From the NCBI GenBank assembly GCA_950097015.1, contig CATNEN010000038.1, positions 19,344,001-19,408,000 of the forward strand: a stretch of DNA of 64,000 bases. Reading direction: 5' to 3'. The translations under genes were made by a program, and so were the position numbers. The notes under the pieces are model-generated. The model saw nothing but the letters and a program-made list of their open reading frames with translations, made no database searches and had not been told where the DNA came from. Source of the DNA: Macrostomum hystrix. Lineage: Eukaryota > Animalia > Platyhelminthes. Shown piece by piece: positions 12,900-25,454 of this stretch. Each line of letters begins with the position of its first letter. Positions within the stretch are counted from its first letter, which is position 1.

Positions 12900-13200
12900 T
12901 GGATAGTTGGCTGGGTTAAAGAAAGTACATTACGTCCCTTGATAGTATTTAGGCTGGTAAATAAAAGTACATGATGTCTCTAAATAGTCAAGCCAGGTTA
13001 ATAAAAGTGCATGCCGTCCCTAGACTGTTAGGCTGGGTTAATAAAAGTACATGCCGTCCCTAGATAGGCTAGGTTAATAAAAGTACATACCGCCCTAGAC
13101 TGTTAGGCTGGGTTAATAAAAGTACATGCCGTCCCTAGATAGGCTTGGTTAATAAAAGTACATGCCGTCCCTAGATTGTTGGGCTAGGTTAATTAAAGAA
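12900..13200. repeat. Degenerate ~36-41-bp tandem repeat with AATAAA in most units
   Basis: GGTTAATAAAAGTACATGCCGTCCCTAGA units downstream of the KNTC1 stop. Confidence 0.85.
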
Positions 13201-13870
13201 CATTACAGCCTTGAATATTTTCTTGCATATTCGATAATAAAATACTTTGCTTTTGCGTGGTTTTTTCACTTATTTATATACTATAATTATATATTCGGGC
13301 TAAGTAAACAAAAGCTAATCGAATATTAGTCTTTATATAACAATCGTAAATATTTTTATGTTTGCATTGAGAAGACTTATTAAACAGAATTTTTTGTTAA
13401 TTTTAATAATTCTCTTGCATTTGTATTCCAATTTTTTGTTGCTTAGTAACTGGTGCCTAAATTTCGTTTATTTTTTTAGAAATCGCTTTCTGTTTAATTA
13501 ATTTACTTTGACTTTGCATTTTGTAAACCATATTAACTTTACTTACTTTACAGTGTCAAAATAAGCCTTCCGTTTATTAGAAAAAAATAAATATTTATTG
13601 TGACAATTTTAATTTGACTGTTAATATTTAACTTTAATGAAAATAAATGTGCTACTTTACTGCCAGTAGGCTAAATAGCATTTTACCTTTCCCCAGTTTT
13701 GCAGTTTTGCTTTTGACCGCATTGAAAAAATCGCAATTTCTATTCTATATAATACGCATTAGAATCTATTTAACTACTTTTTTCTGTTTCGATTAAAAAA
13801 GCAAAAGTATAATTCTTTCTTGCTTATTTACAATCGGTTTCCATTTATATATTCTAGTGAGTAGTGATAA

Positions 13871-16763
13871 ATGGTTTATACCAATGACGATTGTGTTTAG
13901 TGTTTTTTGACTAGAAACATCTTAATTCAAACATTTCATTCCAGGCTTCATTGTCAATTCTAGCTGGACGCAGCTTCTCTCGAGCTGTTTCCAGTTTTTC
14001 ATCTTCAACCGCTGCTGCTGCTGCTGCTGCTAGTGTGAATGACCGATCGCGCACCCTGTCAACCAGTGAGTTGTTACTTGATTTACTTTTTTATGCTAAG
14101 TGAAATTTCGCTATACTATAAGGAATAAAGCAAGGCATAATTTTCTATTAGGCTATTATTGTTGTTGTTGAACCAAAACTTTACAAAAGGGTCTTCGACA
14201 AGAATGGCTTAACTTTTGATTCGAATGGTGGACTTTCACGAAAATCGGTCATTCGGTTTGGGAGCTTTCGTGAAGTAGTCAGTAGGTATTTTAAATGTCA
14301 AGGTAGGTGACCACCGAAGATGGAGATGATGCAGGCACATTCGAATGACATGCTGTTAAATTGTGAAGGCCTGGCAAGGCTGCACTGAGGCATAGTGCTT
14401 ATTCTTGTATAGGGGTGTATGAAATACACTAGCGCCTATGGTAAAAATCTGACTTTTCGCCAGGACCATTGAATACCTCGACGGTTTGAAAAGCTGGCGA
14501 CTTGATTATTGTTTTATGGAATAGTTATATAGTTATATACTCACCGCACGAATTGATACTTCCACTGCAAAGCAATACTATATACCTTAAATGCAAAGGG
14601 CTTCAATTTGTTTGAGATTCGAACTCCCGACCTTTCAGTGATAATGAAGAGATTGATGAATTAATGAATTACAGGCGCTGCTGTCGGCAGCCTCTCAGAC
14701 GAGCCCAACGTGGACCGCCTGTTCACTCCCGAGCACGAGGCAATGCGCGCCACGCTTCGCCGCATCATCGAGCAGGATATTAATCCCTACGTTGACGAAT
14801 GGGAGGCCAAAGAGATTTTCCCGGCTAAGCAGCTGTTTAAAAAGCTCGGCAACGCCGGCCTACTGGGCGTCAATAGGCCGGTTGAGTACGGCGGTCTGGG
14901 CTTGGACTTCTCCTATTCTGTAGCTATAGCTGAGGAATACGGCCGTGTGAACTGCGGCGGCGTACCGATGGCCATCGGCGTGCAGAGCGACATGGCCACG
15001 CCGGCTCTGGCTAGATTCGGCTCGCATGAATTGAAAGAGAAATTTCTCAGGCCCAGCATTGCCGGCGATTTGGTAGCTTGTCTTGGCGTCAGCGAACCAT
15101 CGGCTGGTAGCGATGTGGCTTCCATTAAAACCACCGCTAGGCGTGATGGCGGCGACCTGGTAATATTGGGGCAGGGTCAATATTCCCTTGGCCTTCCCAC
15201 GCATCGCTCTCATTTTTCTAACTCACTTGTTTCACTCCCTATCCATGTACATGTTCCATCCCACCCACCTTGTCTATCTCACCTGTTTCATCTAACCTTA
15301 TCTATCTCACCTGTTTCATCCAACCTTGTCTATCTCACCTGTTTCATCCAACCTTATCTATCTCACCTGTTTCATCCAACCTTGTCTATCTCACCTGTTT
15401 CATCCAACCTTGTCTATCTCACCTGTTTCATCCAACATTGTCTATCTCACCTGTTTCATCCAACCTTGTCTATCTCACCTGTTTCATCCAACCTTATCTA
15501 TCTCACCTGTTTCATCCAACCTTATCTATCTCACCGGTTTCATCCAACCTTGTCTATCTCACCTGTTTCATCCAACCTTATCTAACTCACCTGTTTCATC
15601 CAACCTTGTCTATGTGACCTATTCCTTCTTACCTTATCTATCCATCTCGTCTATCTCACCTGTTTGATCCCATCTCGTCTATCTCACCATTTCTATCCCA
15701 CCTTGTCTTTCTCACCTGTTGCCCTGTTGCATCCATACAATTCCTGTAAGTATTTTTCCTACTCGTAGAAAATTAGCTTCTACCCATCTCTTATTCCCCA
15801 GGTAATAAACGGCGGCAAGATGTGGATCACAAATGGCATGCAAGCCGACTGGATGTGTCTTCTGGCTAACACAGAGACTGACGTTAAAGATCCCTACATG
15901 TCCAAATCCCTAATCTGTCTGCCGTTGGACTTGCCAGGCGTTCAGCGAGCCAAAAAGATTCGCAAAATTGGCATGCACAGCTCTGACACTGCTCAGTTGT
16001 TCTTCGACAATGTCCGGGTGCCAGCTAGCTATATGATTGGCGAGCCCGGCCAGGGATTCATCTATCAGATGCTGCAGTTTCAAGAGGAACGACTATTTGG
16101 CTCGGCTGCCAATTTGCTAGGCCTAGAGCTAATCATACAGGTTTGATGGTTTTGTAGTACTGTTTGTCATAGATAAAATTTTATTATTGATTTAATCAAC
16201 TTACACAGAACCCTGTGTTAGTTTCTAGAGGTTATTCAGAGCGATGCTTTAAGTTTTTCTACAAAATAAGTGACAAAACTCATCGCGTCTACTTACAATG
16301 ATGTCATCAGTAGTTTAATAGGTTAAGTTTACAAATTTTTACCGAAGTCTTCTAAAAATGCTCATTTTAGGAGACTGCCGAGTATGCTCGCCAGCGAAAA
16401 GCGTTCGGCCAATCACTGCTCGACTTTCAGACTGTCCATTTTCGATTAGCCGAACTTCTCACCGAAGTGGAACTATTGCGATCCATGGTCTACAGAGCTA
16501 CCGCTAAGTACATCGCCGGAAATGACGTCACCCTACTGGCGTCTATGGCCAAACTTAAGGCCGGCCGACTAGTCCGCGAAGTGACTGACAGCTGCCTGCA
16601 ATACTGGGGCGGCATGGGCTTCACTGATGAAGTTCGCGTCAGCCGATTCTATCGCGACGGCAGGCTTTTGTCAATCGGAGCCGGGGCCGATGAGGTTATG
16701 CTGTCAATAATTTGCAAGTACATGCGAACCTTACCGAAGCCTGCGAGCTCGGCTAGGAAGTGA
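13871..16763 (+). CDS. Mitochondrial acyl-CoA dehydrogenase (acdh-6 / citronellyl-CoA dehydrogenase-like). Exons 13871-13873 (ATG only, tentative), 13945-14065, 14675-15159, 15802-16140, 16371-16763
   Basis: ACAD motifs: ACLGVSEPSAGSDV, INGGKMWITNG, KIGMHSSDTAQLFFDNVRVP, FQEERL, RKAFGQ, CLQYWGGMGF, RDGRLLSIGAGADE. Ser/Arg/Ala-rich N-terminus resembles a mitochondrial presequence. Splice phases are consistent. Confidence 0.9.
14300..14505 (-). mobile_element. Dispersed repeat family C, partial copy
   Basis: Reverse-complement similarity to 22352-22730 and 56240-56700 (e.g. GAATGTGCCTG...TCTTCGGTGGTCAC). Confidence 0.65.
15265..15720. repeat. 28-bp minisatellite TTGTCTATCTCACCTGTTTCATCCAACC
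   Basis: In an ACAD intron. Confidence 0.95.
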
Positions 16764-17289
16764 CAACATAAATTTATTTGTGCTCATAATTATACTTTTA
16801 CACAAATTTTATCCCGTTCCTCCATATGTCTACTTAGTGACGTCATCGCACGTAGACACTATCGGGTATTTCTTCCATTTTCTAAATTGTAGTAAAAATC
16901 TAATATAGAAGTTAATTGCAAAATGATTTTCGTAACTTATTATCGTGAAAGGTGATCTAATAATAAAAGAAAATTATTGCTAGCCAACTCTTTTTGCTTC
17001 CTACGTGACCAAACAGGAAAATGTCTTTAGCTATTTCAAGTATTGTATGTACTGTATCGCTCTAGAAACGATTAAAAAATGTAATTATATCGCAGAGAAC
17101 TTTTTTTTAATTCTAGATTATATATTAGGCACAGTTTAATTTAATTTTCACAATATCATTGTGGCAAATTTTGTAGATTGATTTGATATTTTTAATACAT
17201 GCGCTTTATTTCTTTAATTGACATTATTGACATGATTTTTATCATAGACTTCATTTATTTGCAGTCCCAAGATACAGCGAAAATGTGTT

Positions 17290-17650
17290 TTCTACCCTGT
17301 CTGGTCATTTCAGCTTGGTCCTCACCCTGTCTGGTCATTTCTGCTTGGTCCTCACCCTGTCTGGTCATTTCAGTTTGGTCCTCACCCTGTCTGGTCATTT
17401 CTGCTTGGTCCTCACCATTTCTGGTCATTCAATTTGGTCCTCATCATTTCTGGTCATATCAGTTTGGTCCTCCTCATTTCTGGTCATTTCAGTTTGGTCC
17501 TCACCATTTCTGGTCATATCAGTTTGGTCCTCACCATTTCTGGTCATTCAGCTTGTTCATCACCATTTCTGGTCATTCAATTTGGTTCTCACATTTTCTG
17601 GTCATTCAATTTGGTCCTCACCATTTCTGGTCATACAGTTTGGTCCCTGG
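17290..17650. repeat. ~30-bp minisatellite TCACC[C/A]T[G/T]TCTGGTCATTTCAGTTTGGTCC
   Basis: Upstream of the WDR37 ATG. Confidence 0.9.
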
Positions 17651-17875
17651 ATCAGTCTTAATCGACATGGCTATGAAATTACAATCATGTCACAATCAGA
17701 CTCAGTAGCAAACTGTACATTTCAGTGATCTGTTCCTGTCGGCAAGGAATAGCTGTGCAGGCAAAGCAGCAGACTAATTGTTTGCAGCTTTAACTTTGCT
17801 CTCGTTTTTCGGTTGATAATCAGCTAGTTTTTTGAGCTGCAAGTGCTCAAACTTCATCCTGTACTTATTGAAATC

Positions 17876-18558
17876 ATGTCTAGCGAAGAAAGCAGCGGTG
17901 GCGGCGGTTATGGCCATAGAGTGCCGACGATGCAGCAACAGCAGCAGCAGATTTTGGATAGAAAACGACTCACTTCCGGTCTAGATTCCTCCGGCGGTAT
18001 CCGCGGCGGCGGCGGAGGTGGCGAATTGGGCGGATTAACGCCCGAGTTTCGAGTTAAATTTCACAAGATTATGGGCCAATTGGAGGTCGAGATTGAAAAG
18101 GAGGTGCGGAGACAGGTGAGTATGGAGATACGACTGCTTCTAGAAACTAGTACAGTCTAGATCTAGGAACTAGTACAGTCTAGATCTAGGAACTAGTACA
18201 GTCTAGATCTAGGAACTAGTACAGTCTAGATCTAGGAACTAGTACAGCCTAGATCTAGGAACTAGTACAGTCTAGATCTAGGAACTAGTACAGTCTAGAT
18301 CTAGGAACTAGTACAGTCTAGATCTAGGAACTAGTACAGCCTAGATCTAGGAACTAGTACAGCCTAGATCTAGGAACTAGTACAGTCTAGACTTAGGTAC
18401 GGGTTTTGTCCTATTTTATGAAGAGGAATTTCAAACCTGTCGTCTTTATCACCTGTCCGAAAGGTGCGACTGCAGCTGCACAGGCTCGACAAACAGCCGA
18501 CCGAGCAGCCAGACGGCGCCGCCGAAATTTTAGCCAAATCGCACCAGCAACACCAGCC

Positions 18559-18591
<33 letters not shown>

Positions 18592-20408
18592 GAATGCTAT
18601 CTACCAGCGCATCAAAGCGCAATACAAACAGCAGACCAATCGCATTGTGTCCAGCCTGCGCCCTGTGATTCCCTCGCAGCACTGCCAGTTTGTCACCCGG
18701 TTGTTGGGTCACACAGACGGCGTCTGGGGCCTCGCCGCCTTCCCCAGGCGCAATCTGGTGGCCAGCTGCTCTGCCGACGGCACCGCCCGCGTCTGGCTGT
18801 GCAACGATCGCGACAGCTGCTGCCTCATTGAATACCGCGGCCACGCTGGCTCAGTTAATTCCGTCCGGTTTCATCCGTCCTCGGACATTCTGCTGACAGC
18901 TTCTGGCGACACAGCCGCCCACCTCATTCGGCTGCCTAGTCACGACCTGCCAGCGTCGGCCTCTGCTACGGCTGGTGGCTCTGAGCCTTGCAAAGTTATT
19001 AGCGAGCCTGCGCTAGTGTTGTCAGGTGGGCATCTGAATACAGGACCCTACCTGACCTGTACTCACTCCCTAACCTGACCTGTACTCACTCCCTAACCTG
19101 ACCTGTACTCACCCTACCTGACCTGTACTGTCCTATTATCTATTCTCGCTCTGCTCTGTCCTGTACTAAACCTTACAGTAAAGTGGAAGCTGCTTTGTGA
19201 TATTCTGTAGTTTGAAAGTTAAACAAAAAATGCGAAATCACCAAAAAACCTGTCAGGTCATCACACGGCTCCAGTCATTGGTGCCGATTTTATTTACGGC
19301 GGCGAGGTAATCACCGGCTCCTGGGACCGAGTCTGCCCGATGGCCCTATGGAGCGCCGAAACTGGCAAGCTAATACGCATCTACGAAGGTCACGAAGACA
19401 TAATCACCGGTGTAGCCTGCCATCCAGATCGTAGGCTGGCTCTAACTAGCAGCAAGGATGGCTACTTCGGCTTATGGGATCTTAACATGGGCGAGCCGGT
19501 AAGCACTTTAATATCGTTTATTGATTGTTGCAAAAAATATCCTAATATTCGTTGCACCTACTTAGTGACGTCATTATAAATAAGTAGTACGTTTTTATAT
19601 AAAAAATTTTCAGGTCGATCTTCACCTGCACAGAGCCCATTCCGGTGCCGTAACCTGTGCCGCCTTCGCTTCGCCGGAGCGCATTGTCAGCGGCGGCTCC
19701 GATAGAATGCTGCGCCTGTGGGATATGCGCAAACTGTCCACCGCACTCACCACCATCAGATTAGATGCGGCAGTTAATCGCCTAGCTGTGCATCCATATT
19801 ATCCCAGCATAGCCGCTCTACCATTGGACAATCGGCATGTTCAACTGTGCCATCTAGGCGGCAGTAGCAGTGGAACCATCGGCGGTGTCGCCAGTGGTGT
19901 CAACATGGGCGGCGGTGGCGGCGCCGCAATCACCGGCGTCGTAGTCAGCGGCGGAGGCGGAATGCCTTCAGGGGGTGTCGGCATCGGCGGTGCCGGCGGT
20001 GTTAGCGGTGCCGGCGGAGGCATCGTCGGTCTCAGCTCCAGTCTTGGCACCGCAACTTCCGGCGGAGTTGGTGGCGTCGGCTCCGGCTCTATCGGAACCT
20101 GCAGCGGCATCGTAGGCGCCACCGGAGGCGGAGCAGCCGCCGACATCGGCGGAGGTCGCCTGCTGGGTCGGCTGCCTAGGCAGGACGGCAAGTGCGGCCA
20201 TCTGCGATTGGCCAGCGCCGCCTGCTGGGGCGAAGATTCGCACCGATTCAATTTGTTCACGGCCGGCTTCGACTGCCAGATTCTGGCCTGGAAAGTGTCG
20301 CCAGCCTTTCTGCACCAGGCCACACTCGGCGGAGGTGGCGGCGGCGGCGGCGGTAGCGGCGGAGGTGGAGGCGGCAGCGCCCTAGTTTCCGGCCTAGCCG
20401 AGATGTGA
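17876..20408 (+). CDS. WDR37: WD repeat-containing protein 37. Exons 17876-18115, 18464-19025, 19257-19498, 19614-20408
   Basis: N-terminal coiled coil (FHKIMGQLEVEIEKE), YKQQTNRIVSSL, GHTDGVW, CSADGTARVW, YRGHAGSVNSVRFHP, LTASGD, PLDNRHV, RLPRQ...GH, NLFTAGFD, all matching recalled WDR37 motifs. GT-AG junctions are in phase. Confidence 0.85.
18138..18392. repeat. 23-bp minisatellite TAGTACAGTCTAGATCTAGGAAC with a palindromic core
   Basis: Fills WDR37 intron 1. Confidence 0.95.
19048..19130. repeat. Short 23-bp tandem repeat CCTGACCTGTACTCACTCCCTAA
   Basis: 3-4 units in WDR37 intron 2. Confidence 0.8.
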
Positions 20409-20524
20409 ATCGAGTGGAAATGTAGTATTTAATTTATTAATTTACCGCTTTAGGAAATCGCTGCGAGAGTAGTATATAGTAATTGTAAATAATTTACACC
20501 TGTCCCAATTGGATCTAAAGGCTG

Positions 20525-20690
20525 CGTACGTCAGCTCTGTTCAGTCCATGGACTAACACATTTTTAGCTGGTTGAACTGAAGTGACGTTTGAGTGTCTTG
20601 CTCAATGACACAATCTGTTCCAGTGGAGTCGGGAATCGAACCCCCGACCTTCAAGTTGAGTCCGACGCCTTTACCACTAGGCTAAAATGC
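20525..20690 (-). mobile_element. SINE family A copy
   Basis: Reverse complement gives TAGCCTAGTGGTAAAGGCGTCGGACTCAACTTGAAGGTCGGGGGTTCGATTCCCGAC...TTGAGCAAGACACT. Confidence 0.65.
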
Positions 20691-20816
20691 ACTAAGAAGT
20701 TCATTTGTGTACTTTAGTTTCGATCACATTTTAGTCTTCTTTTCTAAACTTTATCTATCAACTAGCTAGATATCTATCAATAACCGAGCAATATGAATTC
20801 TAGAATATTTAGATAA

Positions 20817-21238
20817 TACACATTTTTACCGCCTAATTTAGACCAAATTCGTATTCTAAAAAACATTTCATGATAATCAATAAGAGCAGAATCCCTTTTC
20901 TTTCAGAGCCAATTCAATTCAGTCAACGGACTTTTGTCTAAGGTCAATTCTAGTGACAGCATTTTTTGCTTGCCGAAGTTCAATAGAGACAAACTTCCTT
21001 TCAATTCAATCTTAGTCTATGGCTACACGTCCCTTATGCATCCAATCAAACCATTTAATTAAAGTGTTTTCATGGATTTTCCGCAAACTAATTTTCCCTA
21101 AAAATCTGGCCATAGACTATGTTGTTAAATAAAGGGATTCTTATTGATTATCAATATCATGAAGCTATGGGCTAGCTCAGGCTGTCTGAAAAGAAATTCC
21201 GAATGCGAATTTGGTCAAAATAAGGCGGTAAGGTGTAT
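20817..21238. mobile_element. Degenerate foldback/MITE element
   Basis: Long imperfect inverted repeats: TTACCGCCTAATTTAGACCAAATTCG...AGAATCCCTTT versus AAAGGGATTCT...CGAATTTGGTCAAAATAAGGCGGTAA. Confidence 0.6.
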
Positions 21239-22351
21239 AAGTCAGTGCTTGTTGTCATATTTCTATTCCGATATGCGAATGCATCGTTGTATCAGTGTAG
21301 TTCATATGATTTAGCGAATTCTAGGCAATAGATTAGTCTGTGCCCCCTGTTCTGTTCTGCAAATTTAGCGCTTCAACTCGTTGTTTTCTTTTCATTTACA
21401 TGTTGACTGTTAATTGTGATGGTCATAGTAACAGTAGTATATAATATGTGGTTGTCATTCAAAATAATTATTTTCTTTAATTACACCATAAGCAAGTATT
21501 GCATTCACACGCACAATGGATATGCAATAATATTTCATAGTCATATTGTTAAGTGCTTCTTTTTTGGTCGGCAATAGATTAGCGAATTAAAATAACAATT
21601 ACTAAATGCGCTGTTTTCGTTGCTTGCTTGCTTGCCGCTTCTAATTGCTTTCACAAAGTTCAAAGAACAAAGAAATCATTATTTATTATTATCTCTTCCT
21701 GCAATGTTCATAGCTCTTTTAGTGCAACTGTGCTGAATCTGCTATTTAACCTTCGTTGCCCAGTTGGTACTGTTCAGTCCATGGACTAACCATGCTACAA
21801 GGTCAAAAGTTCGAGTCTCTTGGTCTCCCATAGTTAGAGCCAGAAGCTTAGAAGAGTGCAATTCTGGGTTTAACAGCAGATTGTGTCGCACAAAACAAGT
21901 CCCAAAGAGTATTCGACAAATTGAAAGTATTGATTTTTCTTGCTGCATCTAGTCACAATCGCTAATTGTCCTGTATATTCTATTTAAACATTGATTTAGA
22001 ATCATTCACACAGGCGCCTACGAGTATTTCTCTAAGCTGTTATCCAGCACACACAAATTTCTCATCGCTGCTGATAATTCCGACGCAACAAAGACACCTA
22101 ATTATTTGGTCCGCATTATCTGTTCAGCCAGAAAGTCACAGCTGGCTTTTTTTTTTAAATAAAAGTTGAAGTCACAAATCAACTTATTCTGTATATTCTG
22201 ACAACAAGGTGTTGTACTTTAAGCAATCGTGTAACTATTTTTTTTCTTGTTCTTTTGCACGTCAGCACATAACAGTTAAACTACCAGGGCTCCCAGACAC
22301 ATTTTTGTGCTGCAACCGAACTGGGCAACGCAAGCACGCATGAACCAAGAA

Positions 22352-22730
22352 TCAAGTCGACCGTCGAGATATTCAATGGGTCAGATAATTCCCATAACTG
22401 TTTCCCAAGGCCGCCTCAGTGCGACCTTGCCAGACTTTTAAAATTCACCCGAATGTGCCTGCCTCATCTCCGTCTTCGGTGGTCACCTAGCTTTATCTAG
22501 ACGGATTTGCTGGATCTTCAATGGCTACAACAGGTGGAACTAGGCCACTATGTACACCCTGGCGCGTAACGAAGTCTTCTAAATAATCTAATTTCATAAG
22601 TCTAAATTAGGCGCAGCTCAACCAATGTCAACCAATCAGTCGCCACCCAACGCTGTTAGCATTCAGGATCTGCCAAAAAAATCCGGAACTACTTCCCTCT
22701 AGGTATAAAAACGGGCGCAAAATGGTTTGG
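22352..22730 (+). mobile_element. Dispersed repeat family C (class unknown; CCAAT- and TATA-like boxes near the 3' end)
   Basis: Colinear with 56240-56700: CTTTATCTAGACGGA, GGCTACAACAGGTGGAA, TTAGGCGCAGCTCA, CCACCCAACGC, GGTATA...ACGGGCG. Confidence 0.7.
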
Positions 22731-22975
22731 TACTGTTCAATATGGGCCATTAACACTGAGTTAGTATTATTTATTAAATAAAATGAAAAAGTAATGAATA
22801 TTCATACCAGTTACCTGCAGAAAAATATTTCATACAGACACTCTTGTCAATTCCATTCGTAATCCTTTATTATTTCGCTCTCATTACAGTATATTTTAGC
22901 AACAAAAAGATTGCCGCCTACAACGATTCAAATGTCTAGTTAGCGTTTCTCTAGAACTCAATTCAACTTCTGAAA

Positions 22976-25454
22976 TCACTTGGCGGCCTTGCCCTTGGCC
23001 TGCTTCTGTTTGCCAGCAGCTGCCTTGGCCTTCTTAACTGGCGGCTGCTTCTGTTTGGCCGGCGATTCAGCCTGAAAAATGTTGAGAAGCAAGAATAAGT
23101 AGAACTGTTAGCGGTAGTTGTGGAATACGTGTTCAAGTTACGAGTTAAAGTAGCGAGTAAATACTGATGAACTAAAAAAATAATCTTACCCTTCGCTTCT
23201 TAGCCAGAGCCTTTCGCTGAGTCAGGATCGCCTTACGCTTCAGCACCAGAGCGAACGGATTTAGTTTGGCCATAACGTTGACATTCTTTAACGGATTCTT
23301 CTTAAGCACAGATCTAGGCTGGCGAGTCTGCCGCGGCCTAACGGCGGCCTTGACTTCGTCCGAGTGCAGAATGCGAGTGAGGTCGGTGCTGGTCATTTTA
23401 CTGTCCGGCAGGCTGGCCCTAGTGTAGATCTGGTCCAATTGCCTGAAAGCCGACTCGGACCAGATGACGAAACGGCCCAGGTGACCGCCGGGAGCCAGTT
23501 TGAGCAGGTTGAGTCGATTAACACAGATTAGCGTCACGCCGGGTATGTTGCGAAACGCTCTACATAGACCATTGTCTTTTGAGTAAATCACAAGCGGGCC
23601 GCGTTTCTGAATGCGAGCTCGATTGCGCATCTTACCGCGGCCGGCGCGGAACCGCCTGCTAGCGTACACCTTCTGAATGTCCGGCCAGGCTTTCACTCGC
23701 TTGAGGAAGGCGACGGCTTCTTTGGTCTTCTTCAGGTCCTGGACAGAGTCGCTAACCACTAGGGGCACCTCGCTGATCTTCTCGATGCGATGTCCTGGAT
23801 TTGATATTTGTTTTACTAAATAACATAATGAAACCAGATACGGCTACAGCTAACACTTACTGCTTCAGCTAACACTTACTGCTTCAGCTAACACTTACTG
23901 CTTCAGCTAACAGTTGCGGCTACAGCTAACACTTACTGCTTCAGCTAACACTTACTGCTTCAGCTAACAGTTGCGGCTACAGCTAACAGTTACGGCTACA
24001 GCTAACAGTTACGGCTGCAGCTAACAGTTACGGCTACAGCTAACAGTTACGGCTACAGCTAACAGTTACGGCTTTAACAACAAAGCTATTATTATATAGC
24101 AATCTAAGCAATAGACAAAGTCTTTCGTATTTTGGAACTAAAATAAATGGTTATCTATTGACAAAAACAAAGACTATAATGATTAACGGCAACACACTAC
24201 AAGAGCTTACAATATAAAAAAACTACGCAAGATTTAATTTTAAACGTTTCATAAATGATTCTACCTAAAAGTAAACACAAAGAAAGTGTTAAACTTTCTC
24301 GTTAGTTAACCTCACCCCTAGCCAGTACTAGACTAGTAACACCAGTAGCCGCAATGGCGGAAGCCACAGCGAATCGACGCTGTTGAACATTAATTCGGCG
24401 ATGCCAACGGCGCCAGGTCTTTGTCGGTGCAAACATTCTGCCGCCGCGGCACATATTGCCGAATGCGCCCTGGCCGGAGCGGCTAGTACCGCCGCCGCGT
24501 ACTCGAGGAATGCGAGCAACAGCCCGGCCGGTGCCCCAGGATTCGGCGGACACCTACTCAGACGAAAGATGATTTTAAGTAAGACTTTTAACATGGCTAA
24601 GCCGATTGAAAACGCCTGAGAGTACGACGAACTTAATGAGTGTCACACAGAATCGCATTTCTTTCCAACAGCCTTATTAGGATCAAGATTTGCAATTCAA
24701 TTGTATAGCAGAGTTTTTCTGTGTTAAGCCAGTTTTTTGGTAGTTTTTGCACCTTGTTGAATCTAAGATTCAAAGTAGCTCACACTAATAGTTTTATTAT
24801 TTAGCGAAAGTAGACCCGCAGCCAGTAAGGAGGCCATTCTGCTAATTTTGCTGACTCCTAAACACACATGCACACGGATACCATACTCAGGCACACGCTC
24901 ACACAGGTGTGTACATCTGCCCTGACCTGATTCTCTCATTGGCAGGCAGTGTGCACTCTCACTGTGAATTGGAGGTTGACCCGCAATGGCATAAATTGCA
25001 CGACAAGCCCCCAAGCCTTTTCTCTGTGGCTGCGACCTCAAATGAATGCGGCCTTGCCGCAGAATCAAGCTCAGAGACCTTGGTGCGAGAGGCTGCATTT
25101 GACCACTCTGCAACTCACATGTTAAGTAGTTAGCTACATCTACACTACTTACACAAGCTTGTGTGAAGTGCCTGCTTGAAAACCAATAAGTAGTAAGAGC
25201 TCAGTTTTATTATTATTCTTTGCAGGTAAACTAAGTTACTACAACTAGCAAAATAAAAGATTTAAAGTTACCTGATGACCAGCATTAACATGCACAGCAT
25301 AGGGTTGGCGAGCATTTTTGCGCATCTGATCGTGCACAAAGTTCAGAATATCTGGCCTAATTGGTGCACGAAATACAGATGGCAGAGCTAGGCAGGAGCC
25401 AGTTGCCTCGCCTTCCTTTGCTGCCTGCACTGTGACTGTGGGTCGGGCACTCAT
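22976..25454 (-). CDS. RPL4: 60S ribosomal protein L4 (uL4). Exons 25454-25272, 24553-24316, 23794-23190, 23071-22976
   Basis: [25 protein letters not shown]|[55 protein letters not shown]. Canonical splice sites; AATAAA on the minus strand near 22866-22871. Confidence 0.97.
23840..24075. repeat. 19-bp minisatellite CAGCTAACA[C/G]TTAC[T/G]GCT[T/A]
   Basis: In an RPL4 intron. Confidence 0.9.
24805..25118 (-). mobile_element. SINE family B copy in an RPL4 intron
   Basis: Homologous to both 8481-8680 (head and body) and 2163-2330 (3' part). Confidence 0.65.

Noticed and set aside
19841-20323. Proline-rich minus-strand ORF
   Set aside because: Antisense shadow of the Gly-rich WDR37 coding sequence.
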